Part shown: piece after piece, positions 55,062-64,000 of the stretch
Layout: every line of letters begins with the position of its first letter
Position numbering within the stretch: position 1 is the first letter of the stretch
Assembly: GCA_963741205.1 (NCBI GenBank)
Contig: CAVUHW010000022.1
Location: 32,001 to 96,000, forward strand
Source of the DNA: Nitrospirota bacterium
GTDB taxonomy: Bacteria; Nitrospirota; UBA9217
Reading direction: 5' to 3'
Length of the DNA: 64,000 nucleotides
Position numbers and translations under genes: made by a program
Notes under the pieces: model-generated
Told to the model about the DNA's origin: nothing
What the model saw: only the letters and a program-made list of their open reading frames with translations
The model's database searches: none

Positions 55062-55436
55062 TCAGTCCACCTTCCGCTTTTCCTCTTCCTCCTGGGCGGT
55101 TTTGCACTCGATGCAGAGCGTGGTGACGGGCCGCGCCTCAAGCCTCTTGATGTTGATCTCCCCTCCGCAGGACTCGCAGATGCCGTAGGTGCCGCCGTCG
55201 ATCCGCGAAATCGCCTCGTCGATCTTCTTGAGGAGCTTCTGTTCCCGTCCCCGAAGCTTCAAGAGGAAGTTATTGTCCAGTTCGGCGACCGCCTGGTCAG
55301 TCGGATCGGGAAAACTCTCTTTTTCCGTACTGATCTTATTGTTCAGCGTCTGCTCTGCTTCGGAAAGAAGCTCCTGACGCTGCTTGAGAAGCTTCTTCTT
55401 GATCAACAGCATTTTCGAATCCGTAACCATCACCAT
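55062..55436 (-). CDS. dksA: RNA polymerase-binding transcription factor DksA
   Basis: FPDPTDQA tip; YGICESCG..I...RLEARP...LCIECK. Confidence 0.93.
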   Translation of the reverse strand: MVMVTDSKMLLIKKKLLKQRQELLSEAEQTLNNKISTEKESFPDPTDQAVAELDNNFLLKLRGREQKLLKKIDEAISRIDGGTYGICESCGGEINIKRLEARPVTTLCIECKTAQEEEEKRKVD

Positions 55437-55594
55437 ACCTCGGCATCCAATCTAACAGACTCCTGCCACGGCGTCCCGGCCGAAGCCCGTTTGAATGTAG
55501 TGAATGTAGTGTTGAACTATATCAGAAAAGTGCAAATGAGTCAATTGATAAATACTGGACACCCTGTCTTGATTCGCTGATTGACAAAACGGGC

Positions 55595-56848
55595 ATGTTA
55601 TGGATATTATGCTTCATGCTGAATGAAAAGCGGAAACTCAACACTCTCATGAAGCTGGGCGTCGAACTCACCGAGGTCAAAGACGTTGATGTGCTCCTGG
55701 AGCGGATCCTGCGCGAGGCGCGAAAGCTGGTGAACGCCGACGCGGGTTCGATCTATATCAAGGAGGGAGATAAGCTGAAGTTCAGCTATACTCAGAACGA
55801 CACTCTGCAGAAAAAACTGCCTCCGGGCAGGAAACTGATCTATTCCACCTTCTCGATCCCGATCGACAACCAGACGATCTCCGGCTATGTGGCGAACACC
55901 GGCGAAGCCCTGAACATCGCCGATGCCTACAAGCTCGTCTCTAGTCTGCCCTACGCCTTTAACAATTCCTACGACGACCTCTCGGGGTACCGGACGCGGT
56001 CGATGCTGACGTTCCCGCTCAAGACCAACCGGGGCGATACGATCGGCGTGCTTCAGTTGATCAACGCGACAGACACCCGGGGCAAGGTCGTCTCCTTTTC
56101 GAAGAAAGATGAGCCGCTCATCCTGCACTTTGCCAACACGGCCGCTGTTGCCATTGAACGGGCCCAGATGACCCGGGCCATGATCCTCCGGACCATTAAA
56201 ATGGCGGAACTGAGGGACCCCAAGGAAACCGGCGCCCACGTGAACCGCGTCGCGGCGTATTCCGTCGCCATCTACGAGGCCTGGGCCGGAAAGCGGGGTG
56301 TGCCCCAGGACGCGCTTGACAAGAACCGCGACATTCTTCGCATGGCCGCCATGCTCCATGACGTGGGGAAAGTGGCCATCTCGGATGCGATCTTGAAGAA
56401 ACCGGGGAAGCTCGATGACGCGGAACGGGAAGCCATGAAACAGCATACCGTCATGGGAGCAAAGCTCTTCGCCGACCGGTACTCGGAATTCGATGAGGCC
56501 GCGGCGATCGTGGCCTTGAACCATCACGAGAAGTGGGACGGCACCGGTTATCCGGGGAATATCAACCCCCTTGACGGCAAGGTGCTGCCCGGATACGAGA
56601 ACAGTGACGGATCGCCGCGGCCCAAGAAGGGAGATGAGATTCCGATCTTCGGCAGGCTCGTCGCGCTCGCGGACGTGTTCGACGCGTTGGGCTCGCGGAG
56701 GGCGTACAAGGAGCGGTGGGACGAGGCAAAGGTCCTCGAAGAGCTCCGGGCCTGCTCCGGAACGCAGTTCGATCCCGAGATGGTCGATACCTTCTTTTCC
56801 TGCATCGACACGGTCCGCAATATCTCGGAACGGTACCCGGATCATTAG
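55595..56848 (+). CDS. GAF + HD-GYP cyclic dinucleotide phosphodiesterase
   Basis: GAF (GYRTRSML..PL...GVLQLIN); ETGAHV.RV, LHDVGK, HHEKWDGTGYP, ADVFDAL. Confidence 0.92.
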   Translation: MLWILCFMLNEKRKLNTLMKLGVELTEVKDVDVLLERILREARKLVNADAGSIYIKEGDKLKFSYTQNDTLQKKLPPGRKLIYSTFSIPIDNQTISGYVANTGEALNIADAYKLVSSLPYAFNNSYDDLSGYRTRSMLTFPLKTNRGDTIGVLQLINATDTRGKVVSFSKKDEPLILHFANTAAVAIERAQMTRAMILRTIKMAELRDPKETGAHVNRVAAYSVAIYEAWAGKRGVPQDALDKNRDILRMAAMLHDVGKVAISDAILKKPGKLDDAEREAMKQHTVMGAKLFADRYSEFDEAAAIVALNHHEKWDGTGYPGNINPLDGKVLPGYENSDGSPRPKKGDEIPIFGRLVALADVFDALGSRRAYKERWDEAKVLEELRACSGTQFDPEMVDTFFSCIDTVRNISERYPDH

Positions 56849-56951
56849 AAAAAACGACGGCAGCCGCGGATGGTCGCGGGAAAAGCCGATACGAAAAAAT
56901 CACGTTCACACATTCTGAAAATCCTGTTGATACGATTCACCAAGCCCTTCC

Positions 56952-57617
56952 ATGAAAAAAAAGAAATCCGGCGATCAATCTCCCGCAGACTTCAAAAACA
57001 ACCCCTTCACGCCCCTCAGGGGCTTTGCGCCGCGCAGCCCGTCAGCGCGAAAGACGGGAACCGAGCCCAGCAGGAAGGAAGAGCAGTCCGAAGACGACGG
57101 CTCCCTCTTTCTGAGGGCTGTATCGGGGGCGCGGAAAATAGAGAAGGAGGAAGACCCCGCCCCGGGTCCGGTCACCCGGAAGATCGAAGAAAAACGGGAC
57201 GCAGAGGACTATGAGATCTTCCTCCAGGCCATGCAGAAGATCGGGACTGCGGCGCAAGACCGTCAGTCGGAGCAGGAGGAGCTTGACGAGCCGGGGAGAC
57301 GGCCCCCGAGCAGCCGCATGCGGCAACTAAAGAGAGGGACTATCCGCATCAGCGGCGAGCTGGACCTGCATGGCTTTCTCCGGGACGAGGCGCTGGTAAG
57401 GCTCGAGCGCTATATCGCCGGCGCCTACAGCCGGGGACAGGACGCGGTGCTGGTTATCACCGGAAAAGGGGTCAACTCGCCGGAAGGTCCGGTCCTTCGG
57501 GGAGCAACGGCGGCGTGGCTTGGCGGGCGTGGGAAAGGGATGGTCGCCGAATTTTCACCGGCGCCGCGCGACAAGGGGGGGAGCGGAGCCTTCGTGGTAT
57601 TCTTGAAGAAGAAGTAA
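56952..57617 (+). CDS. Smr/MutS2 C-terminal domain protein
   Basis: LDLHG, VITGKG..S, GGSGA. Confidence 0.9.
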   Translation: MKKKKSGDQSPADFKNNPFTPLRGFAPRSPSARKTGTEPSRKEEQSEDDGSLFLRAVSGARKIEKEEDPAPGPVTRKIEEKRDAEDYEIFLQAMQKIGTAAQDRQSEQEELDEPGRRPPSSRMRQLKRGTIRISGELDLHGFLRDEALVRLERYIAGAYSRGQDAVLVITGKGVNSPEGPVLRGATAAWLGGRGKGMVAEFSPAPRDKGGSGAFVVFLKKK

Positions 57618-57653
57618 GGCATAGGCAGCGAGGCTGACCCTAACCTGGTCAGA

Positions 57654-57697
57654 CAAAAAAGGACGAGAGACCCTACGGTCTCTCGTCCTTCGTTTTG
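57654..57697. terminator. Bidirectional terminator
   Basis: aaggacgagagacc-ctac-ggtctctcgtcctt flanked by A and T runs. Confidence 0.85.
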
Positions 57698-57719
57698 TTC
57701 CGGGCTGTTCTGCTTACGG

Positions 57720-58097
57720 TCATCTGCTTCCCAGGATCCCGTTCACGACGTTTAAAAGGTCCGCTGTCTGGATGGGTTTGGGGATATAAGCGTTGGCGCC
57801 GAGGGCGATACCGCGCTTGCGGTCCTCTTCCGCGCCTTCGGTCGTGATGATGATGATGGGAATGGTCTTATGCGCGGGGTCGTTTCGCACCATGGAGACA
57901 AGCTTGAGACCGTCCATGATGGGCATATTGATGTCCGTCAGGATGATGTCGAATTTCTGGGTCGAGAGCTTCTTGAGCGCGTCGATGCCGTCGTTGGCTT
58001 CAACGATCTTGCTGCCGGGGATGCGCTTCAGGGCGAAGGAGATGAGCTGCCGCATCGTCGGGGAGTCTTCTACCACCAGAAACTTGTACTCGGGCAT
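57720..58097 (-). CDS. cheY: CheY-like single-domain response regulator
   Basis: VEDS, TDINMP.MDG, TTEG, KP. Confidence 0.85.
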   Translation of the reverse strand: MPEYKFLVVEDSPTMRQLISFALKRIPGSKIVEANDGIDALKKLSTQKFDIILTDINMPIMDGLKLVSMVRNDPAHKTIPIIIITTEGAEEDRKRGIALGANAYIPKPIQTADLLNVVNGILGSR

Positions 58098-58111
58098 GAT
58101 TCAACCTCCGT

Positions 58112-58939
58112 TTATTTTTCTTTGAGCAGGTCGAGAAAGCTCTGGATCGTGGTAAGTTTTCGCTCCGACTGCGAGTAGAGCTTCGAGGAAAAGAGCGCCG
58201 TGGCCGCGTGGCCGGCCAGCATCGAAAAAAGCTCGTAGTCCACGTTCGAGAAGGTCTGCTTCTGGACGAGGAGCTTGTAGATGACGATGACCCCGATCAC
58301 GTGCTCCTTGATCTTGAGCGGGATGACGACCAGGGGGTGGAGATAATCCACGCCCGCGAGGTCCGTGGGATCGCCCTCGCGGTAGAAGGACTCGCCGGAT
58401 TTCGCCGCCGCGCCGATGATTCCCCCTCCAAGCTTGACACTGGGCCTCGCCTCGGGCCCCATGCCCTCCTGGGCCACGATCGTCAGCTCGTTCGTCTTCT
58501 CGTCGAGCATCATGATGGAATATTCCTCGGCGCCGATCAGGTTCATCACGATTTCGAGGATGATCCTGAGCGACTCGTTGAAGTCCAGCGTAGAGTGCAG
58601 CTGATAGCTGGCGACGTACAGGTTTGCCAGGTTGTTGTTCTCAGCCTCGACCTCGACGTACCGGTTCGCGAAGTCCTTATTTTCTTCCTCGACAACTCGG
58701 TAGCGGTCGAGGAGCTGCTTGTTCTCCTCTTCCAGAAATTTCACCCGCTCCTCGAGGCTGTGAAACTTGAAGCTTTCTTCCCGGCCGGAGAACTTGGTGA
58801 CCTCTTCAAACTTGGCCAACTTGTACCGGAGCTTTTCATTTTCCTTGAGCAGCTCCTGGGTAAACTCCTCGCCTTTTTTAAAGACCTGGAGAAACTCTTC
58901 GACTTTTTTCGAAATCGCTGCGGGTTCTTTTTCCATCAT
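58112..58939 (-). CDS. Coiled-coil + GAF domain protein
   Basis: N-terminal heptad repeats, NNLANLYVASYQLHSTLDF, then GAF; no output domain. Confidence 0.85.
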   Translation of the reverse strand: MMEKEPAAISKKVEEFLQVFKKGEEFTQELLKENEKLRYKLAKFEEVTKFSGREESFKFHSLEERVKFLEEENKQLLDRYRVVEEENKDFANRYVEVEAENNNLANLYVASYQLHSTLDFNESLRIILEIVMNLIGAEEYSIMMLDEKTNELTIVAQEGMGPEARPSVKLGGGIIGAAAKSGESFYREGDPTDLAGVDYLHPLVVIPLKIKEHVIGVIVIYKLLVQKQTFSNVDYELFSMLAGHAATALFSSKLYSQSERKLTTIQSFLDLLKEK

Positions 58940-59253
58940 TCCCTCCTGTTGTCACTCCCGCCTGATGCGGCAACTCAGGACGCCGACACCGCTGCCGCAT
59001 GAGAACCCATCTCCGGGATGGAAGGAACTGCTGAGCGAGCGTTCCCGCCGGTGAGGAGCTGTGCAACGGGGACAAGTATAGTCTAGTCTGAAAAAATTAT
59101 CAAGCGTATTTCTTGGGCGCGTCCCCGTCAGAATCGCGGGCGCGGTCGATGAAATCCCGCGGGCTCAAAGGCTGATTTTACGCCGCCGTCACGTCAGGGC
59201 ATGGAGTATGGAATCCCGAGGCCAGCCGTGCTACACTTAAAGAAAGCAATGCC

Positions 59254-62200
59254 ATGGAGACCACGAACGACATATGCATTCTCGATTTTCTGACCGGCAC
59301 GCTCTCAACGGCCTACAAGGGCGTCATCACCTCGCTTGTAGCCAAGGATTTCTGCGTGGCCAGAGGGGGGGACGCCGTTATTCTCAAAGGCAAGATCCTC
59401 TCCATGCCCGCGGGAAATTATGAGGCGTCGCTTATCGGTCGCGGCGTCGAGCTTGCCCGGACCGATCTTATCGAGGGAGCCTTCGAGCTCAAGGCAGGGG
59501 CCGAGCTGGTCAAGCGTGCGCAGGACCTCCAGATCGACATCATTCAGGAGGGGAGGCACATCGGGACTTTTTTGCTCAAAAGCGACGAGGCAGGAGGGGC
59601 CTACAGCTCGGCGATAGTGCTTTCCGATGAAATCAAGGGCATGGATTTCAAGCTCCTTACGGTTCCGCTGCGAGAGAAGGTCGGACTTCTCCAGAAGGCG
59701 GAGGAGATCATTGCCAAAATTTATTCTACGAAAAAAGACTGGGCGGCCTTTTCCGAACTCCTGCATGGCTTCGCTTATGACGCCTTCTGGTCCGCGAAGG
59801 ACGCTTTCTACGGCGGCTTCGCGATACTGGCCCGCTTCGCGCTCAAGGCCGCGGAGCGGACGGATAGGTCGCTTACGAACAAGCCCGTCTCAAACGTACT
59901 CGACTTGATCGAACTTCCCCTCTCGAGCGAGGAAGACGCCGGCCGGCTTCGCCCCGCCGTCGACATCTGGCTCAGAGAGCTTGCCGGATCGTCGATTGAC
60001 CTTTCCTCGCAGCTCCGCCAAGCCGCGCCCCTTCTCCGATCGATTAACGAACGATTCCCCGACGCGGACTTAGGTCCGGTCCTTGCCGGCATGCTCGGCT
60101 CGCTCCGGGAAAAGCTACGCACGGTCCCTCCTCTGGGTCGGGCTATTCTGGATCCCCTCCAGAGGAGCATGGACCCCGGCGAATACAAACTTCTCGCCCG
60201 CTACGGCGTCGAAGGGAGGGCGGAACTCGTCCGGGAACTCGCCCTTGCCGAAAGGGGCCTTGAGGCGCGGTCCCTCGGGGAAGTCCTGAGCTTCCTAAAC
60301 CGGCTGGATCCGGACAGCGTGGATGACGGGAAGATGATCGAGGCGTTCTTCGATGCCACCGCCCGATACCTGAGTGCCGCTTTGGCCGATGCCTTCCCGC
60401 AGGCGTTCTCGGAGATCGTTTCGTTCCTTCCCTCGCTCTCCGCGGGGGCAGTCTCGAAAATCATAGCGAACCTGCCCGGAGTGATAGAAAAGCTTCTCAA
60501 TATCGGACAGAACGACATCTGCGAATCGCTGCTCGCGGACGTTGCCCGCGCGGGTCCGCCGGTCACTGAAGAGATCGTCATGAACACCCGGATCGCCGCC
60601 GTTATCCTGGAATCCGAAAACGAAGAACTGATCGCGCGCTACCGGGACATCCTGACCGGCATCATTATCCCGGCCGCGAAAGTGCGCGAGATATCCGACG
60701 GAGACCTGGGCCGAGGTGGTGAACCCGCTCCATCTCGAGCGGCTCGCGAAGTTCATGGACATCCTGGAGCATGGCAGCGAGCGGCTCCGCGGCGTTCTCG
60801 TCCATGTAATCGCGAATCTCCTCGTAAGCGGGCTGTTCATTCCCGACGATCGCCTCTTTCAGCGAAGGGTCACGGCCTACCTGAATTCCGCGGCCATGCG
60901 CGGAGATTTCCTGCTGAACTACCTGCTCCTCCGGATGCTGCCGGTCTATTTCCACGAAGTGGGCGCCGTGAGCAGAATCCGCGATTTTTCCACCGAGATC
61001 GACTCGTGGGGAAACGATCCGGTTATCTACTTTGTCCGCAAACAGGTGCATGTGAATGCAAGCAATTACAATGTGCGGCTGATCGAGAGGGTCCTCGCGT
61101 CGTGGGTGTGGAACGACCCCGGCTTGCTGCAAGACGCCGTTCCTCGCGATATCTTGGAGAGCCTTGCGCCGGAATTCTTCGATAAGTATTCCCGGGTCAT
61201 CAGGCCGCTTTTCGAATCTCTCGGCGTGGTCGATGCTGACGGGCTTCACTTCGCACGGCTAATCGATGTCCCGGAGGAGGAATTCCGGAAAAGGTTAGGG
61301 GAAGGGCGGCTTGACGAAATTCCCGCCAAGGTCATGCTAATGTGCAGGCTGTACCAGGAGATCGTCGGAAAGTACTCCTTCGCGAGCAGGGAATCTGCGC
61401 ACACGGACATCATGACGTCGCTCTCGGGATATCTTGAGCGGATGCGAAAGAACGTCGGGATCGCGCGTTCCCCGGAAAAGACTGCCGCGCAGGAGTCCCT
61501 CTATTTTAAGCGTCATATCGCCTTCGGCATCCCCTCGGTTCTCGGGACCTACCATGAACCGAAGTTCGACGCCATGGCCGAGCTCCTCCGGGACGACGCC
61601 GGCATCAGCGTGCTGTTCGAAAAGATAATTTCCGATATACGGGCGCGGGAACATGATTTCTCTCCAGCCAAAGCCTCGGAGTGGATTCATGCTCTTGCCG
61701 CGGCTTCTCACGTGCTGAAGCTCCACGGGCTGGAAAACAGGCAGGTGGAGGAACTCGTCGAAATCAGCGAGGAAAGCAGGCTCTGCCTCTCCCAGGCCGC
61801 CGACCTGCTCAGGCTGTGGCAGAAGGAACTTGCCTGGCAGGTGGATTTCTTCAACCGTACGTTCCACAAGCCGGTCATCGCCGTTCTCGAACAATTCCCC
61901 AAAGAGGACCTGCCCGAATACCTCATGAACCTGGACCCTTCGTCACCTGACTTTACGAACAAGGCGGCGGACATCATCATCAGAGACATGCTCAGCAGTA
62001 TACCGGCGCTCGTGGAAGCGGACCGGATCATCGAACATCTGCTCGGAGCGATCCCGGCCCGCGTAGAGCAGGGAGCGGATGACGAGCTGGATAGCGGCAG
62101 GGCCGATGAGGACAGGCTGTTCTTTGCGCTTCATGAGCTCGACGAAAGCGACGCGATGAGGCTTGCTCCCCTGCTCGGCAGCAAGGCGAAGAACCTGGCC

Positions 62201-63702
62201 TATCATCGCGAAGCGGGGGTTCCGCGTCCCTGCCGGGGTCGTATTTTCCGCACGCTTGACAGCCGGGTACGAGGCGGCCTTCAGCAGCGCGGACTCGGCC
62301 GCCGTGCTGAAACAGGCGGTCAAGCCCATCGAGAACAGTACAGGACAGGTGTTCGGCGACGGCGCAAATCCGCTCTTCCTCTCGGTCAGGAGCGGGTCCT
62401 ACGTGTCCATGCCGGGCATCCTCTCAGACCGTTCTCTACTGCGGCATGAACGGGAAAACGCTCCAGGGACTTCTGCAAACGACGCGTGACCCCCTGTTTG
62501 CCTGGGACTCGTACCGGAGGTTCATCGAACATTACGCGGAAGTGGTCATGGGCCTCGACAGCTCGATCTTTGACACGATCACCACCGAGGCATTGAAGGG
62601 CTTCGGTCTGGCAAGCCGGGAAGAATTAAATGCCGCTCAGTCGGAAGAGATCGTCGGACGTTTTGTCGACGAGTTGTCCCGCCGGGGCCTGGCAATCCCC
62701 GACGACGTCTACGAACAGCTCCGCCAGGCGGTCCTGGCGGTCTACGCATCGTGGAACAGCAAGCGGGCCGTGCAGTTCAGGAGGGCCACGAGGACCTCCG
62801 CCTAGTGGGGAACGTCGGTGACCCTGATGAAGATGGTATACGGCAACAGGGCCGGGTCGGGGACATCGGTGTTCTTCACGCGTAATCCATTTACAGGGGA
62901 AAAAGGGATCTACGGCGAGACCAGGGAGCGCGCAACCGGCGAAGACCTCGTGCACGGGAAACAACGCAATCGCCCCCTTGCGAAGAGCCTGAAGGAAACG
63001 AAAGCGCCCTCTTTCGCGGGAGATGTCGGAGAAAAAAACGGCGGGTATCAGAAGGCGCAGGGTTTGAACGAGAGCCTCGAGGAGACGGACCCGGAATTAT
63101 TCGCCTTGCACCAGAAGCTGGCGAGGGAGATCGAGGAGGCCATGGGCGGGCTGCCGCAGGAGGTGGAGGTCACGTACACGACCGAGGAGGACGGCGCACG
63201 GCGGATCTCGGTGCTCCAGACGCGGCGCATGGAACTCATCGCCGGGACGGCGGCCGCCTTCGACGAAATATGCCGCATGGAGGCGCAAATCATCGGCAGG
63301 GGCCTCGCGGCCCATGGAGGGGCTCGGAGCGGCGTTGTTTCGTTTGCAAAGACCCCCGAGGAAATTCTGCAATTGCGAAAGGAATCCGGAATGCCCGTCA
63401 TTCTCCTCCGGACTACGGCGAACACCGATGATGTCTCCCTCATGCCGGTAATCGGCGGCATTGTCACCGCCTCGGGCGGCGTGACCTCCCATGCCGCCGT
63501 GCTGGCAGGGAAGTTCGGTGTTGACGCCGTCGTGGCTTGCAGGGACATGACCATCGGTACGGACGAGAAGGGCGAATCCGTTGCCCGGATCGGGGAGGCC
63601 GTGCTCAGGGAGGGATCGTTCATCAGCATCGACGGAGCGGCGGGCCTGGTCTTTTCAGGCCTCTGCCTGGAGGCAGACAAGGAAGAAAAGGGATACGTTT
63701 GA
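59254..63702 (+). CDS. Large PPDK-like dikinase (helical N-terminus + ATP-grasp + phospho-His domain); frameshifts and one in-frame TAG
   Basis: LGSKA.NL, PLFLSVRSG..SMPG, FAWDSYRRF, WGTSV...MVYGN...SGT.V.FTRNP, GEDLV, LQTR, GGVTSHAAV. Confidence 0.85.
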
Positions 63703-63783
63703 GCCCTGCCCCGGGATGCTCCTCAGGAGGGCTGCAATTACCTTGGCGGAGGGACGCGGACGGGATGTCCGCTTTGTTTTCCT

Positions 63784-64000
63784 ATGATCGTTCCGAAAAG
63801 AAGACTCGGCAAAACCGGCGTTGATGTGACCATTCTCGGCCTAGGCGGAGAAGGCGTACTGAGGACCTATGGCCATGACCGAGAAGCCCGCGCCCTCATC
63901 AACCGGGCGCTCGACCTCGGTATAACCTATTGCGAATCCGCACGCGCCTACTCGGGAAGCGAATCTTACTACGGTCACGCGCTCAAGGAACGGCGCAAGG
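63784..64000 (+). CDS. Aldo/keto reductase (partial, runs off window)
   Basis: MIVPKRRLGKTGVDVTILGLGGEG...ALDLGITYCESARAYSGSE; absent from the ORF track because it is truncated. Confidence 0.9.
   Translation, partial: MIVPKRRLGKTGVDVTILGLGGEGVLRTYGHDREARALINRALDLGITYCESARAYSGSESYYGHALKERRK

Noticed and set aside
1-64000. Many frameshifts as mass pseudogenisation or programmed frameshifting
   Set aside because: Indels hit unrelated conserved genes (cpaC, baeR, mdtB, norB, comM) with homology intact on both sides and no common slippery motif, so sequencing error is most likely.

Overview
Bacterial chromosomal window with GC-rich coding DNA. Gene content and style suggest Nitrospirota or Desulfobacterota (inference). 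Single-base indels split many conserved genes, which looks like long-read consensus error, so the CDS calls below are reconstructed across frames. In order: the 5' half of a Tad/Flp pilus locus; a sigma-54-driven methyltransferase-family gene; ilvE; tRNA-Leu(GAG); an SH3/NlpC-P60/DUF1460 wall hydrolase; a MazG-like remnant; a YhcG nuclease; comM split by a 5.1 kb integrase-less insertion; a BaeSR-MdtABC-Spy envelope-stress cluster; a pentose-phosphate cluster ending in a rpe/ppgK deletion chimera; DUF5666, TAXI and AsmA genes; a heme c/CopD-like/b5 membrane protein plus diheme NorC and NorB, convergent on a group 3b [NiFe]-hydrogenase operon; dksA; a GAF-HD-GYP protein; Smr; an orphan GAF-CheY pair; a giant PPDK-like dikinase; and the start of an aldo/keto reductase. 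The most novel signal is three dispersed 28-bp dif-like (11-6-11) sites. Two of them bracket a two-gene module inside the comM insertion, suggesting an Xer-type gene-cassette system nested in a comM-targeting element. No CRISPR array or rRNA was seen.
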